Below, piece by piece: positions 48,901 to 60,900 of a stretch of DNA of 64,000 nt. Position 1 is the first letter of the stretch. Each line of letters opens with the position of its first letter. The notes below the pieces were generated by a model that did not search any database, had not been told where the DNA came from, and saw only the letters and a list, made by a program, of their open reading frames with translations. A program made the position numbers and the translations under genes. This DNA comes from Convolutriloba macropyga (lineage: Eukaryota): assembly GCF_964194025.1 (NCBI RefSeq), contig NC_134474.1, positions 18,910,001-18,974,000 on the forward strand, in the 5' to 3' direction.

Positions 48901-51900
48901 GGCTAAAATTTGAGTTAACGGTTAACTTTGAATGAGCCAGATGAATTTTTGAGGATATTAACATCCCAAATTTTAGCGACAATTTAATAATTTATAAATT
49001 TTTCCAAGTTTTTTGAAAATTTTTGTTCCTTTTCAAGTTCTTTCATTTTAGGGGGCAATAAAGCGTTTTTTATAGCTAAAAATTATGGCAATGATTAGTT
49101 GTTAGCACTACAGAAGCTATTTTGACATTTCTAGCACCTTTCATTTGAATTGTTTTTCTGTGTTTTGGATCAGTTTCTTCCCTCTGTCCGGCTCGTATAT
49201 AACCCGACTATTAATTGTAGTCTGCAAGTCTACCATTTTAAAGTCTTTGGCAACAAACTGTCGGTTTAGAGGAAATAAATGTCTTTGAACGTAACTAAAG
49301 TTTTAGTTTATTTAAAGTCTTAATGTAATTTTTTTTGGTTTTCCCACTGCAATTTTTCAACGTGTTTTGGTGAAAAGTGCCAATTAATCAGTAGCAAATC
49401 TTTTTGCTGGGATCTCGAACAATTTATAACAAAATAAAAATGTTTCTGAGGACAATGACTCTAAGACTATTTAGAGATTTTACAAAAAAAAACTTGCTTT
49501 TATAAAAAATCATTTTTAATTATTTTGGCTTCTGCTTGTGTGTGTCCGGAACGATGTCTGAATTCTTTTTTATCGTTTTTTTTTGTTACGTTCTAGAATT
49601 CAATTTCTGTTTTGCCCTTCTCGAATTATGTAAAAAAATGTGCGGTTTCTGCTATCCAATTCTGTTTGTCAATTGAAGAGTGCTCAAATGTTCTAGTCAA
49701 TTCTTTGGATTGTAATGCAGGAGTTGTCCTGCAATGTTTTTTTTTCGAAATTCATTTTAGCTTGCTATCACGTTTGTTGTGAGTCAGTACCTTCACTCCG
49801 AATTAACTCACTCACTGCTTGAACTCTATTTTTAATTCTTTCTCTGATTTAGTTGCGCAATTTAGTGAATACGGTGAAGCTCAAAAGTGTAAAATCAAGC
49901 GAATCCTGATGAAGCGATAAAGCCCGTTCAACAGATCAAATTGCATTAGGTTATAAAAGTTCAGTACGGCGATTGCTTGCTGGTATTACTAATAATATTA
50001 ATAGGCTAATAATATTAATATTAATTTAAAAATTATAGTATTAGAATCTAATGGAATTTGCAAACCTAATTGGACCGCGCTTCTTCACGTAGAAACATTA
50101 TCTGTCAATTTTGCTCTCTCCATTATTCATTTTATGCTTCAATCTGAATATGGGCCAAGCGGGTCAACTCTGAATATTTTCCGGAAATTTATCGCTTTTT
50201 ATTATTTGTATTATTAGTCGTATTTGAATGTGTGACAGGATTTAAACGCAATAAAGCGACTTTTTAAATACTTCTTGCTGCTTTTTTACTTTTGTTTTGT
50301 CTGTTGCTTAGTGTCCCATTTGTTTTACAGTTATAGATAGTAAATAACAGCATGAGTGGCGTTAAAGGGGCGTGGAGAACAATTGATTAATCGTCACTAC
50401 TTGGGTGGGTTTTGTAGATTGAGTTTCTTTGGTGTGCAACCTCCTTATAGTTTTCACGTTTTTGATTAAACGTTATTGTATCCCTCTGGACGTTCAGATT
50501 AACTGTTTTCGAATTGCAATATGGGTTTTATTTTTTGTCATTTTGTATTTGTATTGTTTTTTTGGGAGTGCTGATCAGTTCAACGACATAAATAGTTTAT
50601 TAGGTTGGTATACCTTGTTATATATAGTAATTGATTCGAGTTATTTTGGAATGTTTAATCTGCTTCTTTGTTCGTTTTGCTTTTCCTTATCGTTTCTTGG
50701 CTTACACAAGGCAGGATTTTTATGCTTGACTTCTCACTGACGTTACTCGATAATTTAAATAAGAGCAGTGATGAATATGATGTGCAAATCTTGCTGAATA
50801 TAGTGACAGGTTCGGGTTAATTATCGAAGTTGAAAGAATGGGGATCGACTGATAACGGTGGGCCGCAAAGTCGGTTATCGGATTTAAGTAGAGCAAATGC
50901 TAATTGTTCATAGTATGGAAGGATATCAGATTAGAATTTGAATTCAGTATAATTGTGTAATTTACCTGAAAATGTACTGCAATTTGCAATACTTTGACTA
51001 TAGAAAAATGTTACTGAAATAAATCGTTTATTGGATAGGGTATGTCATGTTAGATTTAGTAACTGATCCTAGTTGATTTTGAGATGTTTAGTCTGCTTCT
51101 TTGTTCGCTATACTTTTCCTTATCGTTTTTTGGTTTACACAAGGCAGGATTTTTACGCTTGACTTCTGACTGACGTTTCTCGGTAATTAAAATGAGAGAA
51201 ATTATGAATTTGATGTGCAAATCTTGCTGAATATAGCGACAGTGTTTGAGGTAATTATCAAAGTTAAAAGAATAGGGATCGACTGATAACGGTGGGCCAC
51301 AAATTCGGTTATAGGATTTAAGTAGAGCAAATCCTAATTGTTCATAATATTGAAAGAGATCAGATCCGAATTTGAATTCAGTATACTTGTGTAGTTTACC
51401 GGAAAATGTATTGCAATTTTCAATACCTTGACCCGACAAATTATACTGAAACAAATAGTTTAATGGATAGGGTATATCATGTTATATATAGTAACTGAAT
51501 CGAGTTGACTTCGATGTTTAGTCTGCTTTTTTGTTCGTATTACTTCTCCTTATCGTTTTTTGGTTTACACAAGGCAGGATTGTTACGCTTGACTTCTGAG
51601 TGACGTTACTCGGTAATTAAAACGAGAGAAGTGATTAATACGATGTGCAAATTGTGCCGAATATAATGACAGGGTCGGGGTAATTATCAAAGTTGAAAGA
51701 AATGGGGTCGCCTGATAATGGTGGGCCACAAAATGGGTTATCGAATTTAAGTAGACCAAATGCTAATTGTTCATATTATGAATGAAGTAGAGTTCAGTTC
51801 AAAAGTTGAATATAGTGTTATTGTATTCTACCTGAGATTGTACTCCAGTTTGTAATACTTTGACTCTAGACAATTTTTACTGACATAAATTGTTAAAGGG

Positions 51901-54900
51901 ATAGGGTATATCTTGTTTTATATAGTTACTGATTCGAGTTGATTTCGAAATGTTTGGTCTGTTTCTTTGTTCGATTTTTTTCTATCGTTTTTTGGTTTAC
52001 ACAAGACAGGATTTTTTTCTTGACTTCTGTCTGACGATAAGCGGTTGCATTTAAGATTGTGAGCAAATCTTGCAGAATATAGTTACAGTGGCTGTGGATA
52101 AATATCGAAGTTGAAAGAATGGGGATTGACTGATAAAGGCGGGTAACAAAGTCGGTTATCGGATTTAAGTAGAGCAAATGCTAATTGTTCATAGTATTCA
52201 AGGAGATCAGATTAGAATTTGAATTATAATTGTGTAGTTTACCGGAAAATGTACTGTAATTTGCAATACCTTGACTCTGGACAAATTATACTGAAACAAA
52301 TAATGTAATGGATAGGGTATATCATGTTATATATAGTAACTGAATCGAGTTGACTTCGATATGTTTAGTCTGCTTTTTTGTTCGTTTTACTTTTCCTTAT
52401 CGTTTTTTGGTTTACACAAGGCAGGATTGTTACGCTTGACTTCTGAGTGACGTTACTCGGTAATTAAAACGAGAGAAGTGATTAATACGATGTGCAAATT
52501 GTGCCGAATATAATGACAGGGTCGGGGTAATTATAAAAGTTGAAAGAAATGGGGTCGCCTGATAATGGCGGGCCACAAAATGGGTTATCGAATTTAAGTA
52601 GACCAAATGCTAATTGTTCATATTATGAATGAAATAGAGTTCAGTTCCAAAGCTGAATATAGTGTTATTGTATTCTACCTGAGATTGTACTCCAATATGT
52701 AATACTTTAACTCTAGACGATTTTTACTGACATAAATTGTTAATGGGATAGGGTATATCTTGTTTTATATAGTTACTGATTCGAGTTGATTTCGAAATGT
52801 TTGGTCTGTTTCTTTGTTCGATTTTTTTCTATCGTTTTTTGGTTTACACAAGACAGGATTTTTTTCTTGACTTCTGTCTGACGATAAGCGGTTGCATTTA
52901 AGATTGTGAGCAAATCTTGCAGAATATAGTTACAGTGGCTGTGGATAAATATCGAAGTTGAAAGAATGGGGATTGACTGATAAAGGCGGGTAACAAAGTC
53001 GGTTATCGGATTTAAGTAGAGCAAATGCTAATTGTTCATAGTATTGAAGGAGATCAGATTAGAATTTGAATTCAGTATAATTGTGTAGTTTACCGGAAAA
53101 TGTACTGCAATTTGCAATACCTTGACTCTGGACAAATTATACTGAAACAAAAAGTGTAATGGATAGGGTATATCATGTTATATATATAGTAACTGAATCG
53201 AGTTGACTTCGATATGTTTAGTCTGCTTTTTTGTTCGTTTTTCTTTTCCTTATAGTTTTTTGGTTTACACAAGGCAGGATTGTTACGCTTGACTTCTGAG
53301 TGACGTTACTCGGTAATTAAAACGAGAGAAGTGATGAATATGATGTGCAAATTGTTCCGATTATAATGACAGGGTCGGGGTAATTATCATAGTTGAAGGA
53401 AATGGGTTCGCCTGATAATGGCGGACCACAAAATGGGTTATCGGATTTAAGTAGACCAAATGCTAATTGTTCATAGTATGAATGTAATAGAGTTCAGTTC
53501 AAAAGTTGAATATAGTGTTATTGTATTCTACCTGAGATTGTACTCCAATATGTAATACTTTGACTCTAGACAATTTTTACTGACATAAATAGTTGAAGGG
53601 ATAGGGTATATCTTGTTTTATATAGTTACTGATTCGAGTTGATTTCGAAATGTTTGGTCTGTTTCTTTGCTCGATTTTTTTCTATCGTTTTTTGGTTTAC
53701 ACAAGACAGGATTTTTTTCTTGACTTCTGTCTGACGATAAGCGGTTGCATTTAAGATTGTGAGCAAATCCTGCAGTATATAGTTACAGTCGATGTGGATA
53801 AATATCGAAGTTGAAAGAATGGGGATTGACTGATAAAGGCGGGTAACAAAGTCGGTTATCGGATTGCTTTCAAGCGTCTGCTCCTTGTTCACAGTATTTA
53901 ATGTAATAGAGATTAGATTAGAAGTTTTTTTCAGCATAATTGTGTAATTTAGCTGAAATAATACTGCAATTCGTGTTACTTTGACTCTAGACAATTGCTG
54001 ATAATTCGTAGCATTGTTTCTTTTCCTGTTTCATACATTTTGCGTCAAGGGAAAGAGTATTAGCCGTTTTCCTGCAACACAAATTCTTTCTATCTTTCAC
54101 TGGTTTTGTGAAAGATTTTCCTGGATCCTTTGTTTTTTTGTAACAAATGTTTTCAAACAAATTTATTTCAGCCTTCCCATCTTTTTTATTTGTTTTTTTT
54201 GTTTCAATCTTGAAAAATGGATCGACCAAAATTGACTTTAGAAAAGCCAGGGTAGCAAGAATGATTGGAGCTACATAATTGCGCCCTACTGTTGGTGAAT
54301 ATGATGTTGGTGAATATGACGAATATGATGTGCAAATCTTGCTGAATATAGTGACAAGTTCGGGGTAATTATCGAAGTTGAAAGAATGGGGATCGACTGG
54401 TAACGGTGGGCCGCAAAGTCGGATATCGGATTTAATTAGAGCAAATGCTAATTGTTCATAGTATTGAAGGAGATCAGATTAGAATTTGAATTCAGTATAC
54501 TTGTGTAATTTACCTGAAAATGTATCGCAATTTGCAATACTTTGACTCTAGACAAATGTTACTAAAATAAATCGTTTATTGGATAGGGTATGTCATGTTA
54601 GATTAAGTAACTGATCCGAGTTGATTTTGAGATGTTTGGTCTGCTTCTTAGTTCGCTTTACTTTTCCTTATCGTTTTTTGGTTTACACAAGGCTGGATTT
54701 TTACGCTTGACTTCTGACTGACGTTTCTCTGTAATTAAAATGAGAGAAATTATGAGTTTGATGTGCAAATCTTGCTGAATATAGCGACAGTGTTTGGGGT
54801 AATTATCAAAGTTAAAAGAATAGGGATTGACTGACAACGGTGGGCCACAAATTCGGTTATCGGATTTAAGTAGAGCAAATGCTAATTGTTCATAGTATTG

Positions 54901-57900
54901 AAGGAGGTCAGATTAGAATTTGAATTCAGTTTAATTGTGTAGTTTACCGGAAAATGTACTGCAATTTGCAATACCTTGACTCTGGACAAATTATACTGAA
55001 ACAAATAGTTTAATGGATAGGGTATATCATGTTATATATAGTAACTGAATCGAGTTGACATCGATATGTTTAGTCTGCTTTTTTGTTCGTTTTACTTTTC
55101 CTTATCGTTTTTTGGTTTACACAAGGCAGGATTGTTACGCTTGACTTCTGAGTGACGTTACTCGTTAATTAAAACGAGAGAAATGATGAATATGATGTGC
55201 AAATTGTGCCGAATATAATGATAGGGTCGGGGTAATTATCAAAGTTGAAAGAAATGGGGTCGCCTGATAATGGCGGGCCACAAAATGGGTTATCGGATTT
55301 AAGTAGACCAAATGCTAATCGTTCATAGTATAAACGTAATAGAGTTCAGTTCAAAAGCTGAATATAGTGTTATTGTATTCTACCTGAGATTGTACTCCAA
55401 TATGTATTACTTTGACTCTAGACAATTTTTACTGACATAAATTGTTAAAGGGATAGGGTATATCTTGTTTTATATAGTTACTGATTCGAGTTGATTTCGA
55501 AAAGTTTGTTCTGTTTCTTTGTTCGATTTTTTTCTATCGTTTTTTGGTTTACACAAGACAGGATTTTTTTCTTGACTTCTGTCTGACGATAAGCGGTTGC
55601 ATTTAAGATTGTGAATAAATCCTGCAGTATATAGTTATAGTGGCTGTGGATAATTATCGAAGTTGAAAGAATGGGGATTGACTGATAAAGGCGGGTAACA
55701 AAGTCGGTTATCGGATTTAAGTAGAGCAAATGCTAATTGTTCATAGTATTGAAGGAGATCAGATTAGAATTTGATTTCAGTGTAATTGTGTAATTTACCT
55801 GAAAATGTACTGCAGTTTGCAATACTTTGACTCTAGACAAATGTTACTGAAATAAATTGTTTATTGGATAGGGTATGTCATGTTAGATTTAGTAACTGAT
55901 CCGAGTTGATTTTGAGATGTTTAGTCTGCTTCTTTGTTCGCTATACTTTTCCTTATCGTTTTTTTGGTTTACACAAGGCAGAATTTTTACGCTTGACTTC
56001 TGACTGACGTTTCTCGGTAACTAAAATGAGAGAAATTTTGAATTTGTTGTGCAAATCTTGCTGAATATAGCGACAGGGTTTGGGGTAATTATCAAAGTTA
56101 AAAGAATAGGGATCGACTGATAACGGTGGGCCACAAATTCGGTTATCGGATTTAAGTAGAGCAAATCCTAATTGTTCATAATATTGAAAGAGATCAGATC
56201 AGAATTTGAATTCAGTATAATTGTGTAGTTTACCGGAAAAGGTACTTCAATTTGCAATGCCTTGACTCTAGAGAAATTATACTTAAACAAATAGTTTTGT
56301 GGATAGGGTATATCATGTTATATATAGCAACTGAATCGAATTGACTTCGATTTGTTTAGTCTGCTTTTTTGTTCGTATTACTTTTCCTTATCGTTTTTTG
56401 GTTTAGAGAAGGCAGGATTGTTACGCTTGACTTCCGAGTGACGTTACTCGGTAGTTAAAACGAGAGAAGTGATGAATACGATGCGCAAATTGTGCCGAAT
56501 ATAATGACAGGGTCGGGGTAATTATCAAAGTTGAAAGAAATGGGGTCGCCTGATAATGGCGGGCCACAAAATGGGTTATCGAATTTAAGTAGACCAAATG
56601 CTAATTGTTCATATTATGAATGAAATAGAGTTCAGTTCAAAAGTTGAATATAGTGATATTGTATTCTACCTGAGATTGTACTCCAATATGTAATACTTTG
56701 ACTCTAGACAATTTTTGCTGACATAAATTGTTAAAGGGATAAGGTATATCTTGTTTTATATAATTACTGATTCGAGTTGATTTCGAAATGTTTGGTCTGT
56801 TTCTTTGTTCGATTTTGTTCTATCGTTTTTGGTTTACACAAGACAGGATTTTTTCTTGACTTCTGTCTGACGATAAGCGGTTGCATTTAAGATTGTGAGC
56901 AAATCTTGCAGAATATAGTTACAGTGGCTGTGGATAAATATCGAAGTTGAAAGAATGGGTATTGACTGATAAAGGCGGGTAACAAAGTCGGTTATCGGAT
57001 TGCTTTCAAGCGTCTGCTCCTTGTTCACAGTATTTAATGTAATAGAGATTAGATTAGATTTTTTATTCAGTATAATTGTGTAATTTAGCTGAAATAATAC
57101 CGCAATTCGTGTTACTTTGACTCTAGACAATTGCTGATAATTCGTAGCTTTTAGTTTCTTTTCCTGTTTCATACATTTTGCGTCAAGGGAAGGGATATTA
57201 GCCGTTTTCCGTCAACACAAATTCTTTATCTTTCATTGGTTTTGTGAAAGATTTTCCTGGATCCTTTGTTTTATTGTAACAAATGTTTTCAAACAAATTT
57301 ATTTCAGCCTTCCCCTCTTTTTTGTTTGTTTTTTTTGTTTCAATCTTGAAAAATGGATCGACCAAAATTGGCTTTAAAAAAGCCAGGGTAGCAAGAATGA
57401 TTTGAGCTACATAATTGCGCCCTATTGTTGGCAAGAACAAATCTACATACAGAAAACCGTGTGAAACGGGCTTGGTTCAGATGTCTACGGGTTAAAAAAC
57501 CAGAATTGTGATATTTTTATCGAAAAACTCTTGATTTGACTAAATAGTTGCTGGAATAAATTTTCGTTTTAGTTCACTACCACATTGACAAGGAAGATGG
57601 GTTTTCTTCAATAAGTCGGGCAGACAACATTGTCAATATAACAGTTAGAACGCCAGAGCTCAATAGGCAATTTTCTCTCACAGCGGATTGGCAATTGTGT
57701 GTTTGTGTCGCAACAACTACTGAAGTTGAGAACCGGCAGCCGATCCATAAGGTACGTATCTAAGCCATTCTAAGCCGTTTTTCGTGTTTTTGAACAAATT
57801 TGATGTGTTTGCAACGAGACGTTTTTATGTAGTCATGTTTCCCCATGGTTTCCCCGCATTCAATTTTTATTTTTTTAAAAAAATGTAAGTCAATTAATGT

Positions 57901-60900
57901 TTTTCGAACTTAAGCATCTTTCTACTCTACCGCGAATTCAAATCAAAAGTGCTTTCAAATGGGTTTCCTTTACATTTTGTATGTTAGGCAAACATTTTAT
58001 TAATTACATATTGTACTTCACTTGGCAAAATTAAGTGGTCAATTGTCCTTAATGCTTGTCTTCAGAAGAATCTGAGTTGATAAAATACCATCAAAACGCG
58101 CTGTTCGAGTTCTAATGGGACCCCTCCCCAAAATAAATTTGCATTTTTTCGCCGAATAGCTCTTAAACTTTTTCCTGCTTTTTTGTTAATACCAAAATGC
58201 TTGGCTTGAGCAGCTGCTATGGGAGATAGACATTACGAGGAGGTTGTAAAGAGTACGCAATTCATATAAATTTAAATCATTTTTGATTTCGAATACAACT
58301 GACACTTCTTATTAGAAATGTTATTATAGAAATATTATTATATCATTACTTTGTTTTCAAGTAGGTTTTCAAGTACAGCCTTTCAGTGTTCCAGCTGGCG
58401 CTCTCCAATGTTTCAAAAAAATTGAGATAAAAATTATCGAAAGAATCACAAGCGGAAGTTACCTGCAAAAAATGATATTGAAACTCTGTCCAATTCAATC
58501 CTTGACAGAAGTATTTTCTTTGAACTTTTGATTTTACCGCGCATTTCTTTCTCTGCTGTTTTTTGAAAGATCATGACACTATGGAATTGAATATGATTAA
58601 TTGCTCTCAAACGAAGTTGGTAGCAATTATATCAGTCCTGTCAGTCTTTTTTAATGCGATTTTTTGCTTTACCGATTTTTCTATTTTGACTTTTCCTCCT
58701 CAAAAACGGGATAAACAGCTAGCACCCAGAGTGCTTAAAGTGCTCTTGGAGCCTTTCAGCTCTCTACTCTCCAAGTATCCGATTCAAAGAAACCGTTTTG
58801 GAGACTTATACTTATGGTGTGAAGGGCGGTGAGTAGAGGTTGACCCCCATCCCCAACAACAATCCCCTCTCTCCACAGTCCCCACCCCTGCACATCGTTC
58901 AGGCCGTAAGGGCCCCGTGCAGTTGAAGATCCCCACATCAGCGCCCCCCCCCCCCACTGCGCTCAACTCATGCCCCTTCAATTAATCTAAAGCTTGCCTA
59001 ACTTAACCGTGGCTAGCTACTGACGAATCCAACCGCTCGCCGGTCGTTAGAGAGCAATTCGACCGACGTTAGTCGGTTATGTTTAGGCTTATCAATCGAT
59101 TTATAATTATATGGTTTAATTGCAGCAGTAAGGATATGTCAGTTTTGAATAATTTGACAACGCATTAAAAACAATTGAGGGAAACTTTACAGCAGTGGTC
59201 GCTTTTTGATGTTTGTAATGTGACTTTGGCTAACTTTAGGACGATACAATGTTTTAATGCTATTAATAAACAAAGGTACACGTTATTACTGCAGTTGTTT
59301 TTAATTGCAGTTATGACTGCAGTAAGAAATAGTTTTCAGGTTCTGATTTTGCTCAAGTTACTTGACTTGTTTAATACTGTGTCATTTTGCACGGACACCA
59401 AAAGATACTTCGTTTCTCTAACTTTTGTTTCTTTGTTTCTGCAAATATTGATAACCACTTCGATTTTCGTTTTTTAGTGAGCTTTTATTGTAAACGTGTG
59501 TGTCTTTTTTAATCCTCGACCGTCTGTTAGCTTTTGTTCCAGATCATTCTTTGACTTCTCTTGAGTTATTTTTTCACGCTGGAGTTCTTCATTTTTTAGT
59601 GATCTAAGTTGCTCTTTCTGAAATAATGTTTGTTGCTAAGGTTAAAGCAATTGTGAGCGAAACAAATTGAAAACCTTGTAGCTTATTTATTAACGCAATT
59701 GGGTTAGCACAATCAGTTACTTGACATTACCAAATGCAAGCCAATGATTTTAACGGCTTTGTCAACGCTGATTTTGAAATTTTTAGTTCCGTGTGCACTT
59801 AATGCTGTTTTTTTTTTGTCATTTATAACAGTTGTCATAAATTGTCTTATGATAACAATTTTTGTTTCCAGGACAACAGAAGCTTAGATTTTGATTTTTA
59901 TAGCTTGGACAACGCTGATTTTTGAGGAAAAAGTATAGTTTCTAGTTTGGCGAGCACTTATTGCTGTTTGCTCAAGTTCTTTTTATGGCGAAGGTGGAAT
60001 GAGTTGTATAATTGTAGTTCGTCGGCAGTGCAACAGCCTAGCTTTTGAACTGCCGAATTATTTTTTTTAGGTTTATGAGGATTTCTTGCTTTTTAATTGA
60101 TTTGGAGCAAAGCTGGATGCAATTATTTTAGTTTTATGTCTGACTTTGAGTTTTACGCGATCTAAATTGATCTCATTCAAAATTTCAGTTTGCGGCAGTT
60201 TACTGCTAAAATTAAAATGAAAAGTGTGCCAAAATCGGTTTACTTCGTTTCAGCCGACTTTTCATATGACTCAGTTGTTTTATTTGGTGTAATCAAAGTT
60301 TTCAAAAGTGCAGGATCTTTTCCGTTCGTGCCCACCCCACTACGTTATGCTCCCCCCAATTGACATAGTAAATCATAATGTAAAAATTTGGCACGTGCCT
60401 ATGTGGGGTGCTGATAATATGCGCCCACTAAGCTAGGGGGTGCACAAACGGAAAATATCCAAAATGCATTTGAATTCATTTCTATTTACTGAAGGCGATG
60501 TCCGCCCTCTGATTATCCGCTTAGGTGAAAGGTCGAACTAAATTAGACCCCACCTGTCCCTTAGTGCAGCCGGTTATGTTAAATTACAAATTCTTAGTGA
60601 ATTTAATGATTTTGAATTATAGAAAATTACCGAATCAAAGTAGTTGTCTTTTCAAGACCCGTAAAGTATTTAAATTTTAGTGAAGTGAGGTATTTTTCAG
60701 ACACAGGTGGGGCTTGAACCCACTTCTGATGCTGATCCGGCCAATGTGGAGCCACTTACGGTATTTTACATTAGTATATTGAGATGGGGTAAAGTTCTGT
60801 TTTTGTTATGTTGCCATGTGTTGTTGGACTGTTAAGTTCTTATTTTGATCTGCTCAATGGCCATTTCCCAAACGTCGTTCTGTGTTTATATTTTAACTAT

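Noticed and set aside
50590-57430. Satellite as a decayed LRR gene (SKLKExGxTDN, LCNLPENV, NLQYLD) or as repeated minus-strand ORFs
   Set aside because: The motifs lack 72-bp spacing, frames are broken by stops and indels in most monomers, and differences between monomers are not biased to third codon positions.
50590-57430. CRISPR-like repeat-spacer array
   Set aside because: Whole ~430-bp units repeat with no unique spacers, the context is eukaryotic, and there are no cas genes.
59871-59930. Alternative phase-0 receptor exon after tttccag
   Set aside because: In-frame TGA after 17 codons with no donor before it.
60700-60760. Functional tRNA gene
   Set aside because: Only A/B-box-like pieces are present, with no complete acceptor or anticodon stems.
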